Origin: Bryobacteraceae bacterium
GTDB lineage: Bacteria > Acidobacteriota > Terriglobia > Bryobacterales > Bryobacteraceae
Assembly: GCA_035455185.1 (NCBI GenBank)
Contig: DATIFQ010000359.1
Location: 2,248-66,247 of the forward strand
Length of the DNA stretch: 64,000 bases
Reading direction: 5' to 3'
Shown: positions 1-7,820 of the stretch, piece after piece
How positions within the stretch are numbered: position 1 is the stretch's first letter
Layout of the letters: the number at the start of each line of letters is the position of its first letter
Made by a program: the position numbers and the translations under genes
Notes under the pieces: generated by a model
Seen by the model: the letters and a program-made list of their open reading frames with translations, nothing else
Told to the model about the DNA's origin: nothing
The model's database searches: none

Positions 1-1281
1 GAGCGGAAGGCAGGCCGCGGGCTTCCAAGGGCAGCGCGCGGCGTGATCCCGCTCGATCTCGAGCAGACGGTTGTACTTGGCAAGCCGTTCGGAGCGGGCC
101 ACGGATCCCACTTTGATCTGTCCCGCTCCGGAGGCGACCGCGAGGTCCGCCAGGAAGGAATCCTCCGTTTCCCCGGAGCGGGCTGAAATCACAGCCCGAA
201 AGCCGGCCTCGCGGGCCATGTCGATCACCTGGAACGTTTCCGTCAGCGTGCCGATCTGATTCATCTTGACCAACACGGCGTTGGCGGCGCGCTCCCGGAT
301 GCCCCGCTCGACGCGGGCGGGGTTGGTCGTGAAAAAGTCGTCCCCGACCAGTTGTATCCTCGAGCCGAGCGCTGCATTCAGCGATTTCCAGCCATCCCAG
401 TCATCCTCGGCCAGCCCATCTTCGATGGAGATCACCGGATAGCGGCGACTCCAGCCGTCGAGCAGCTCGATCATCTCGGCGCCCGTCAGCTTCCTCCCTT
501 CGCTGCGCAGTTCGTAAGCGCCGTCTCGCAGGAAGTGGGTGGCGGCGACGTCAATAGCAATCAGAACCTGATCTCCTGCGCGGAATTCGGCCAACTCGAT
601 GGCGCGGAGGAGCACCAGAAGCGCCATCTCGTTGCTCGCGAGAAGCGGCCCCCAACCGCCCTCGTCCGCGAGACCGCTGACAGGCCGCCCGGCGGCCTCC
701 AGCACCTCCTGCGTGGCACGGTGGACGCGCACCGCCGCCTCGAGCGCCGCCGAATAGGACTGGAAGCCGTGCGGGATGATCATGAAATCCTGAAACTCAA
801 AGTTGTGTCCGGCGTGGATGCCACCGGAAATGATGTTGATCATCGGGACCGGTAAGCGCGGGGTCCGGCCTCCGCAAAGGTATTCCCATAGTTCGAGGCC
901 ACGCGCGCTGGCGGCTGCGCGGGCCACTGCACAGGAGACTCCGAGGATTGCGTTCGCTCCGAGACGCGACTTCGCCTCGGTGCCGTCGAGGGAGATCATC
1001 AGGCGGTCAAGACCCGCCTGGTCCTCGGCGTCGGAGCCAGCCAGTGCGGGAGCGAGAACTTTTTCGACCGAAGCAACCGCTCGATAAACGCCTTTGCCTC
1101 CGTAGCGCGCCGGGTCCCCATCCCGGAGTTCCACTGCTTCGTGCCTGCCAGTGGAAGCCCCTGAGGGGACCTGCGCCGCCCCGCGTGTGCCGTCGGAAAG
1201 CTCTACGTCGACCGAGAGCGTGGGGTTGCCGCGGCTGTCGAGAATTTCGAGGGCGCGCACGCGCCGGACCGTCAATTTCAA
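1..1281 (-). CDS. eno: Enolase (phosphopyruvate hydratase); C-terminal end runs off the left window edge
   Basis: Absent from the ORF track because there is no stop inside the window. Manual minus-strand translation from TTG at 1281 (or TTG at 1275) reads MKLTVRRVRALEILDSRGNPTLSVDVELSDGTRGAAQVPSGASTGRHEAVELRDGD. At the window edge it reads QIKVGSVARSERLAKYNRLLEIERD. Both are hallmark enolase segments, and the frame is open over the whole span. Confidence 0.9.
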   Translation of the reverse strand, partial: MKLTVRRVRALEILDSRGNPTLSVDVELSDGTRGAAQVPSGASTGRHEAVELRDGDPARYGGKGVYRAVASVEKVLAPALAGSDAEDQAGLDRLMISLDGTEAKSRLGANAILGVSCAVARAAASARGLELWEYLCGGRTPRLPVPMINIISGGIHAGHNFEFQDFMIIPHGFQSYSAALEAAVRVHRATQEVLEAAGRPVSGLADEGGWGPLLASNEMALLVLLRAIELAEFRAGDQVLIAIDVAATHFLRDGAYELRSEGRKLTGAEMIELLDGWSRRYPVISIEDGLAEDDWDGWKSLNAALGSRIQLVGDDFFTTNPARVERGIRERAANAVLVKMNQIGTLTETFQVIDMAREAGFRAVISARSGETEDSFLADLAVASGAGQIKVGSVARSERLAKYNRLLEIERDHAARCPWKPAACLPL

Positions 1282-2276
1282 CGTTCTAACCTCCGGAAGA
1301 TTTCCTGCACAGTGGGTGGGGGGGTGAGAATCAGCCGTCTCGCAAAACTCCGGATTTGGTCGCGAGCTCCGGAATCACGAATGTACTCGGCGGGAGACTT
1401 CCCGTCGATCCGGGCGAGCAACAGACCACCGAGGTGGCGAATCGTTCGTTCTTCAAAACCGGCATCCTCGGCCGGGTACCCGTCGAGCAGAGTCCGCCAG
1501 AAAACATCCGCCAGGGCGGCGAATTCGGCCGCGACGTCGGGCAAGTGGAATGACTTGAGCAGCAGGTGATTCAACAGAAATGCGGCGTCGAAGGCGGGAT
1601 CGCCGTAGTGGATCACTTCGAAATCGATCGCCATCGCGGACGACCCGTCAACGAGGAAGTTCTTCGGGCTCCAGTCGCCGTGTACTAACGTCAGCCGGAA
1701 GCCGCGGCAGTCCTCGACCAGACGATCGAAGTGCGGCCTCAGATCGGGGTGACGGGAGGCGGTACTGCGGTAATACGGGTCGAGACGCAATTGGTCGAAC
1801 ACCGTCTGGTCGCCGAAGATACTCTCGAATTCCGGATTGCGCCAACCGAGCCGAATCATGCCGGCGAGCATGCGGGCAACCCGAGCGGCGATTTCGGCCT
1901 GAAGAAGCCGGCCAAGCAGCAGGGACTTCCAGTTTTGCGCTGACGGGGGAGCGGCGCTCATTGCGAAAAGGCAGTTCTCGCGATCCTCGAAGAGCACGTC
2001 GGGGACCGCGCCTGGTTCGAGGTGGGGAGCAAGCCGCCGCAACGCCTCGCACTCGCGGAAGATTCGATGACGGTCGGAAAACCAGTCCTGCTCGACGCGA
2101 AGCTTGCCGAGGGCTTGCTTGAGCACGAACGGGGCGGCAGGGGTATCAACCAACAAGACCGTGTTGGAGATTCCGCCGCCGAGGGTAGTTATTTTCACCA
2201 ATTCCGGATCGAGCCCCCGGGCAGACTGGAGGTAGCGGGCTGCGTTCAGTGCGTCCAGTTCGAACAATCCACACAT
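1278..2276 (-). CDS. Kinase-fold phosphotransferase (aminoglycoside phosphotransferase / methylthioribose-kinase-like family)
   Basis: 332-aa ORF with catalytic loop LVHGDWSPKNFLV and an IDFE metal-binding motif typical of the APH/choline-kinase fold. Its TGA stop overlaps the candidate TTG start of eno. Confidence 0.7.
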   Translation of the reverse strand: MCGLFELDALNAARYLQSARGLDPELVKITTLGGGISNTVLLVDTPAAPFVLKQALGKLRVEQDWFSDRHRIFRECEALRRLAPHLEPGAVPDVLFEDRENCLFAMSAAPPSAQNWKSLLLGRLLQAEIAARVARMLAGMIRLGWRNPEFESIFGDQTVFDQLRLDPYYRSTASRHPDLRPHFDRLVEDCRGFRLTLVHGDWSPKNFLVDGSSAMAIDFEVIHYGDPAFDAAFLLNHLLLKSFHLPDVAAEFAALADVFWRTLLDGYPAEDAGFEERTIRHLGGLLLARIDGKSPAEYIRDSGARDQIRSFARRLILTPPPTVQEIFRRLER

Positions 2277-2314
2277 GATACCAGCGGCAAGCCGGACGGA
2301 TCCGGCAGCCGCGG

Positions 2315-3520
2315 TCAGGCTCGGGAGAACAGCGAAAGAAGGCCGCCGGCCTGTGGCTTGCGAGCGGCGGTCTCCCGGTCGGCGAGGCGGGCGGCGAGTT
2401 CGGCAAGGCTCTTGCCGAACTGGCTGTTTCCGGTAACCGGTCTCGCCTCGATCAGGGCGCTATCGATTGCTTCCCGATCGTAGGGCAGCAGTTGAGTGAT
2501 TTCTACACCCAGGGCGGATTCGACGTCTCCGGGCTCAAGACCGTAGTCCTTGCGAAAACGATTGACCAGCAACCGGACGCGGTGGCGGGCGATGCCGTTC
2601 CTTTCCAGGCAGGCGAGCGTCCGTTGCGCGCCGTAGACTGCCGGGACATCGGTGGTCACAACCAGCAGAACCTCATCGGCAACTCTCGCCGCTTTCAGGT
2701 TCCACGCGCCGTAAGGGTTTCCAAGATCAAGGAAGACAAGGTCATAGACGCCTCGGCAGTACTCGATGAGCTCGGCTAGTTGGGGCGCGTCCCCGGCGCA
2801 GTCCGAGGGATTCTCGGGCGAGGGCAGGACATCGAGCCCACGGTAGCCAGACACAAGCGCCTTCCACAGGTCGGCGTCGAGTTCGTTCACATGGCTTAGC
2901 GCATCGGCGAAGCTGTACTGCGGCTTCAGCTTCCAGAGAAAAGAGAGGGTGCTTGTGAGCGGATCCAGATCCACGAGCAGTACCTTCGAGACACCGAGCT
3001 GCTTGGCCTGACACGCCAGGTTGGATGCAATAGTTGTGGCGCCGCACGACCCTTTCGCCGGTACGACGCTAACCACCTTCCCCGCGCCGTTCGCTACGCC
3101 GCGACCCTGCGGGAAGAGAGCCGCGACCTTCTCGAGGGCTGCCTTCAGTTGCTCCTTCGAGAACGGCCGAAGCAGAAAGCCTGCGGCTCCCCGACGCAAA
3201 TGCCGGAGGATCCGTTCCGGCTCGTTGCGGCCGAGCAAGGCGATGACGGGCAGCTTGGTGGGCTGGTCGGAGAGCTGGGCGAGGATACGATCAGCCTGGT
3301 CCGGCGTCGAACAGACGTCCAGGAAACAAAGATCCGGCGGCCCCGAAACGAGCAGTTCGGCGAGCGGTCGGGATGCCAGGTAGGTTTTGCAGTCGAGGAT
3401 CTCCCCTACGATAGTCTCCCGCGAAAGGACGGCACCGAGTTCGTCGGCCATACTGCGGTCCGGGCACACCAGTAACGCCCGCTTGAAATTGCCGCCTGCC
3501 AATGGTTCTCGTACCCTCAA
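2315..3520 (-). CDS. TadZ/CpaE-like protein (receiver-like N-domain + ParA/MinD-like domain with degenerate Walker A), orphan copy
   Basis: C-terminal two thirds of the 627-aa track ORF. The N-terminal extension is Arg/Ser-rich non-coding-looking sequence antisense to the LuxR gene. Likely start is TTG 3520 or TTG 3502 (ATG 3451 also possible), just before KRALLVCPD (receiver-like beta1). The ParA/MinD-like core is VVSVVPAKGSCGATTIASNLA...LLVDLDP...VFLDLG, with no GK[ST] lysine. Length matches the tad-locus TadZ at 29013. Confidence 0.65.
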   Translation of the reverse strand: MRVREPLAGGNFKRALLVCPDRSMADELGAVLSRETIVGEILDCKTYLASRPLAELLVSGPPDLCFLDVCSTPDQADRILAQLSDQPTKLPVIALLGRNEPERILRHLRRGAAGFLLRPFSKEQLKAALEKVAALFPQGRGVANGAGKVVSVVPAKGSCGATTIASNLACQAKQLGVSKVLLVDLDPLTSTLSFLWKLKPQYSFADALSHVNELDADLWKALVSGYRGLDVLPSPENPSDCAGDAPQLAELIEYCRGVYDLVFLDLGNPYGAWNLKAARVADEVLLVVTTDVPAVYGAQRTLACLERNGIARHRVRLLVNRFRKDYGLEPGDVESALGVEITQLLPYDREAIDSALIEARPVTGNSQFGKSLAELAARLADRETAARKPQAGGLLSLFSRA

Positions 3521-3635
3521 ACTACATCGGCAGGTGGTCAAGAAAAGGTGAGAGATGGCGCGGGAGCCGGCAACTAAAGTTCTTGAAAAGCATGACCGAT
3601 CTCGTCTGTGTGCGCTCGCCTGTACCAACCCTTCC

Positions 3636-4283
3636 ATGACTCCCTTATCCTCCCGAATCACCGTCGTAGTCTGCGACACGCAGCCTGTCACGGCCGAGGG
3701 CCTACGGGCTGTTCTGAGCGCTTGCCCGGATCTGGAGTTCATGCGCTCTGCACACTCGCTGGCGTCCGGTGCGGAGGTGATCCGAACAGAGCGCCCGAAA
3801 GTGGCGCTTCTCGACAAGGCGTTCGGCATCCACGGGCTGGTGCAGTGGATGGCGGACCTGGGTCCAATGCTGAGGGAGACTTCGGTAGCTGTCTGGGGGG
3901 TGTCGATCAACGAAACGGAAGCGTTACGGTTTATCCAAGCCGGAGCGAAGGGAGTTATCCGGAAGACGGCCGACACTTGTGTGTTGCTCAACTGCTTGCG
4001 GACAATCGCCGCGGGATCCACCTGGATGGAGGACTCGATTTTCCGTGATTTCCCGCGCCTGGTGCGTTGTCCCCACTCGGATCTCACCCCACGCGAACTC
4101 CAGGTGCTGTCGCTGGTGGAGCACGGCATGAAAAACCAGGAGATTGCGCGCGAACTGGGGATCCGTCCAGGTACGGTAAAAATCCACCTGAAACACATTT
4201 TCGAGAAGACTGGCGTCCGAGGGCGACACGGACTGGCGCTTTCCGGTCTTCGCGAGAGAGGCGCACTCTCACTTCCATCATGA
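3636..4283 (+). CDS. NarL/FixJ (LuxR-type HTH) response regulator
   Basis: Start moved to ATG 3636 (MTPLSSRITVVVCDTQP). Receiver elements are VALLDKAFG and GAKGVIRK. The C-terminal LuxR HTH reads LTPRELQVLSLVEHGMKNQEIARELGIRPGTVKIHLKHIFEKTGV. Confidence 0.8.
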   Translation: MTPLSSRITVVVCDTQPVTAEGLRAVLSACPDLEFMRSAHSLASGAEVIRTERPKVALLDKAFGIHGLVQWMADLGPMLRETSVAVWGVSINETEALRFIQAGAKGVIRKTADTCVLLNCLRTIAAGSTWMEDSIFRDFPRLVRCPHSDLTPRELQVLSLVEHGMKNQEIARELGIRPGTVKIHLKHIFEKTGVRGRHGLALSGLRERGALSLPS

Positions 4284-4348
4284 ACAACCGCTGCGAATCG
4301 ACACCGTATTTCGGCGCATGTTCTAACTAATTTCGGTATTCTGGGTGC

Positions 4349-6025
4349 GTGCAGCGAGTTCTGCGGACCGTGATCCTTGCGCTCTGGGCGGCCACGATTT
4401 TCGGCAACTCCGCGTCGTTGCTTGACATTCTTTCGGGCGAACTGGAACGGAATTTTCGTGTTCTACATGAAAAGGGAGACCCGCCGGCATATTACATCGC
4501 GTATGCCGTGACCGATCAGGAATCGCACAATGTCGGCGCCACCCTGGGGGCGCTCCAGGTGGCCAGCCATGCGTCCTCGCGGTGGCTGGACGTCACCGTG
4601 CGGGTCGGTTCGCCTGAGTTGGACAACTACCACCGGCTTTCCGGCGATCGGTTCGCCTTCTCATCGGCAGTGCGGTTGCCGCTGGAGAATGTGCCGGCCG
4701 CCATATGCCAGCGACTTTGGATGGATACCGATGGCACGTACCGCCGGGCGGCGGAACGCCTGATCAAGGTCCGGACTGCGGCGCAGGTGAAGGCAGTTGA
4801 GGCCGACAGTGCGGCCGATTTTTCGAAAGAGGAGCCGGCAATCTACGAGGACGCGCCGCAGCCCCTGGAATTCTCGCCGCAGGACTGGCAAGATCGGGTT
4901 CGAAAGTGGTCTGCCGCGTTTGGCCGTTATCCGCGGATCCTGGCATCCAGTGTCTCAGTCTCCGCGCAACTGGAGACGAAGTATCTCGTCACCTCCGAAG
5001 GCTCACGGATCGAGCAGGGCAAGGGGCTGGCTCGAATCGCGCTCTCGGCGCAAACCAAGGCGCCCGACGGAATGGATCTCACCAGCGAGGAAAGTTTCGA
5101 GTCGGAAACGGTGAGGGGGCTGCCCGGAGACAAGGAAGTCCTGGGGGCGGTCGAACGTGTCGCGAAGGAGTTGACGGCATTGCTGTCGGCTCCGGACGCG
5201 GAGCCGTTTGTGGGTCCGGCCATCCTGTCCGGACGCGCGGCCGGCGTCTTCTTCCATGAGATTTTCGGCCACCGGATCGAAGGGCACCGCCAGAACGACG
5301 AAACCGAAGGGCAGACATTCGCCAAGGCTGTTGGCACGAAGGTACTTCCAGATTTCCTCTCGGTGTTCTCCGATCCTACGATCAGGAAGCTGCACGGAGT
5401 CGACCTATCCGGTCACTACCTGTATGACGATGAAGGAGTGAAAGCACGCAGGGTGACGGTAGTGGAGAGCGGAATTCTCAGGAATTTCCTGCTTTCCCGG
5501 TCGCCGATGCCGGGTTTCGACCACTCAAACGGCCACGGCCGGCGCCAGCCTGGGTTCGATGTCGTTTCGCGCCAGTCCACGCTGATCGTGGAGTCGTCGA
5601 AGACCGTAGACGAGGCGCGGCTGCGGGGATTGCTGATCGAGGAGATCCGCCGGCAGAAGAAGCCGTACGGGTTGTACTTCGAGAAGGTGACCGGCGGCTA
5701 CACGCAGACGTCGCGCCGGGGCCTCCAAGCGTACACGGTCGTCCCGATCATCGTTTACCGGGTTTACGCCGACGGGCGGCCCGACGAGCTCGTCCGCGGC
5801 GCCGACATCGTAGGGACGCCGCTGGCGAGCTTCTCGAAGATACTGGCCGCTTCGGATCAGCCGGGAGTATTCAACGGCTACTGTGGCGCCGAGTCCGGCA
5901 GCCTGCCGGTTTCGGCGGTAGCCCCGTCGCTGCTTGTCTCAGAGATCGAGATTCAGAAGAAGGAGAAGGGCCAGGACAGACCACCGTTGCTGCCGGCGCC
6001 CTCCGGAGAATGGAGGTCGCATTGA
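4349..6025 (+). CDS. TldD/PmbA-family metallopeptidase, catalytic (TldD-like) subunit, secreted
   Basis: 558 aa with an N-terminal signal-like segment (VILALWAATIFG) and the HExxxH motif FFHEIFGHRIEGH. The C-terminal GYCGAESGSLPVS is typical of the family. Confidence 0.8.
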   Translation: MQRVLRTVILALWAATIFGNSASLLDILSGELERNFRVLHEKGDPPAYYIAYAVTDQESHNVGATLGALQVASHASSRWLDVTVRVGSPELDNYHRLSGDRFAFSSAVRLPLENVPAAICQRLWMDTDGTYRRAAERLIKVRTAAQVKAVEADSAADFSKEEPAIYEDAPQPLEFSPQDWQDRVRKWSAAFGRYPRILASSVSVSAQLETKYLVTSEGSRIEQGKGLARIALSAQTKAPDGMDLTSEESFESETVRGLPGDKEVLGAVERVAKELTALLSAPDAEPFVGPAILSGRAAGVFFHEIFGHRIEGHRQNDETEGQTFAKAVGTKVLPDFLSVFSDPTIRKLHGVDLSGHYLYDDEGVKARRVTVVESGILRNFLLSRSPMPGFDHSNGHGRRQPGFDVVSRQSTLIVESSKTVDEARLRGLLIEEIRRQKKPYGLYFEKVTGGYTQTSRRGLQAYTVVPIIVYRVYADGRPDELVRGADIVGTPLASFSKILAASDQPGVFNGYCGAESGSLPVSAVAPSLLVSEIEIQKKEKGQDRPPLLPAPSGEWRSH

Positions 6026-7818
6026 TGCCGACGGCCGCCGTGCGGCAGAGATCTTCCGCGCCAGCCGCTCTCCTCGTGACGCTGGTTTTACCGCTCGCGG
6101 CTGGTCAGGGAACGCCGCCTCGTGAGGACGTCATTCTGCGCGCGATGCACGACGAACTGGAGCGGGCGCGAGAGCTGACTGTCGAGACGCTGGAGTCGCC
6201 CTACTACGTAGAGTATGCGCTCCACGACGGCGAAACTTTGATTATCGACGCCTCTTTGGGCGCTCTGGCGGGCGTGCGGCAGGCCCGTTTTCGGCAACCC
6301 ACCGTGCAAGTGCGCGTCGGTAGCCCGCAATTCGACAACACGAACCATGTTCTCAGCGACTACATGTTCGGTGCGCGCTACGACGCCGGTCAGACACCGC
6401 TGGACAACAGTTACGATCTTCTGCGGCGATACTTCTGGCTCGCCACGGACCGGGCTTACAAATCGGCACTCGAGGTCATCGCGCGCAAGCGTGCCGCGCT
6501 CAGGAACTTCAACTCGGGCGAACAGCCGCCGGATTTCGCCAAGGCGGAGCCATCGAAGATTATCCTCCGCGTCGAAACGGAGCAGCTCGACGTCGAGTCG
6601 TGGAAGGCCCGGCTTCGGAGTCTCTCCGCTGTGTTTACCGGCTATCCGGCAGTCGTGAGCTCGGGCGTCCAACTACAGGCCAACCAGGGCGCGTTCTACT
6701 TTGCTAACTCCGAGGGCGCCGAGGTCCGCATTCCGGAGACGCTGATCTTTCTGGAGGTTCGCGCCCGCGCACTGGCTCCCGACGGTATGATGTTGCGGGA
6801 CTCGATGGTCTTCCAATCCCGTAGCGTCTCAGGCCTGCCTACGGATGCTGAAATGCAGCGGGGCATTGAGGAGGTCGGCGACAGCCTCAAGGCACTCATC
6901 GAAGCTGCTCCGGCGAACACGTATACGGGCCCGGTTCTGTTTGAAGCCCGCGCTGCGGCCCAGATGTTTGCGGAAGTACTCGGCAGAAGCCTCGGGCTCA
7001 GGCGGAAGCCTGTTTCCGAGCCGGGCCGGCCGCTGCCGTCGCCTCCCAATGAATTGGAAGGCCGCATAGGATCCCAGATTCTGCCTTCGTGGATGGATGT
7101 CGTCGACGATCCGGCCCAAGCGGAATGGCGCGGCAGGCCGCTGTTCGGACACTACCTGGTGGATCTGGAGGGTGTGACGCCCAAGCCGCTGTCTCTGGTT
7201 GAGAAGGGTGTACTGAAAACCTACCTGCTCACGCGGCAGCCGGTCGGTGGATTCTCTGAATCAAACGGGCGGGCAAGGCTTCCAGGCGGTTTCGGAGTGA
7301 AGGCGCCGGGATTCGGCAACCTCTTCGTCCGGGCGAGCCAGACTGTCGCGCAGGCAGAGCTGAAGCGGCAAATGCTCGAACTTTGCCGGTTGCGGGACAA
7401 ACCGTATGGGATCCTGATTCGAAAGATGGATTTCCCCTCGTCCGCTTCGCTTGAGGAGTTTCGCCGGCTGGCGCCTCGGATGTCACAGGTCGCGTCCGGC
7501 GCCCGACCGGTAAGCTTGCCGGTTCTGGTGTACCGCGTCTATCCGGACGGCAGGGAGGAACTGGTACGTGGATTGCGCTTCCGTGACCTGGCGGTTCGTT
7601 CGCTGCGGGACATTGTGGCCGCTTCCGATGAGCACCATGTTTTTGAATTCCTGGATAATAATGCGCCGTTTGCGTTGATGGGGGCAGGCGGATTTGCCGC
7701 CGAGAGCGCCGTTGTCGCCCCCGCCGTTTTGTTTGACGAACTCCAATTGGACCGGGCCGAGGAGCAGATTCCGAAACCGCCGGTTGTGCCTCCGCCACCG
7801 CTGTCCGGCACACGCTGA
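6025..7818 (+). CDS. TldD/PmbA-family protein, PmbA-like (no HExxxH) partner subunit, secreted
   Basis: The track ORF starts at 6010. ATG 6025 overlaps the upstream TGA (TGATG) and has GGAGG 8 nt upstream. Signal-like PAALLVTLVLPLAAGQ is present. The architecture parallels the preceding gene, but the metal-binding position reads AAQMFAEVLGRSL. Confidence 0.75.
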   Translation: MPTAAVRQRSSAPAALLVTLVLPLAAGQGTPPREDVILRAMHDELERARELTVETLESPYYVEYALHDGETLIIDASLGALAGVRQARFRQPTVQVRVGSPQFDNTNHVLSDYMFGARYDAGQTPLDNSYDLLRRYFWLATDRAYKSALEVIARKRAALRNFNSGEQPPDFAKAEPSKIILRVETEQLDVESWKARLRSLSAVFTGYPAVVSSGVQLQANQGAFYFANSEGAEVRIPETLIFLEVRARALAPDGMMLRDSMVFQSRSVSGLPTDAEMQRGIEEVGDSLKALIEAAPANTYTGPVLFEARAAAQMFAEVLGRSLGLRRKPVSEPGRPLPSPPNELEGRIGSQILPSWMDVVDDPAQAEWRGRPLFGHYLVDLEGVTPKPLSLVEKGVLKTYLLTRQPVGGFSESNGRARLPGGFGVKAPGFGNLFVRASQTVAQAELKRQMLELCRLRDKPYGILIRKMDFPSSASLEEFRRLAPRMSQVASGARPVSLPVLVYRVYPDGREELVRGLRFRDLAVRSLRDIVAASDEHHVFEFLDNNAPFALMGAGGFAAESAVVAPAVLFDELQLDRAEEQIPKPPVVPPPPLSGTR

Positions 7819-7820
7819 CT

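Noticed and set aside
2315-4198. N-terminal extensions of track ORFs. The affected ORFs are 2315..4198, 21927.., 38366.., 51981.., 56151.., 62471..63736, 17371..18819, 10249.., 36843.. and 44213..45610.
   Set aside because: The upstream parts overlap neighbouring genes, lack family similarity and look non-coding. Internal starts coincide with signal peptides, conserved N-termini, SD sequences or ATGA/GTGA coupling, so the starts were moved.
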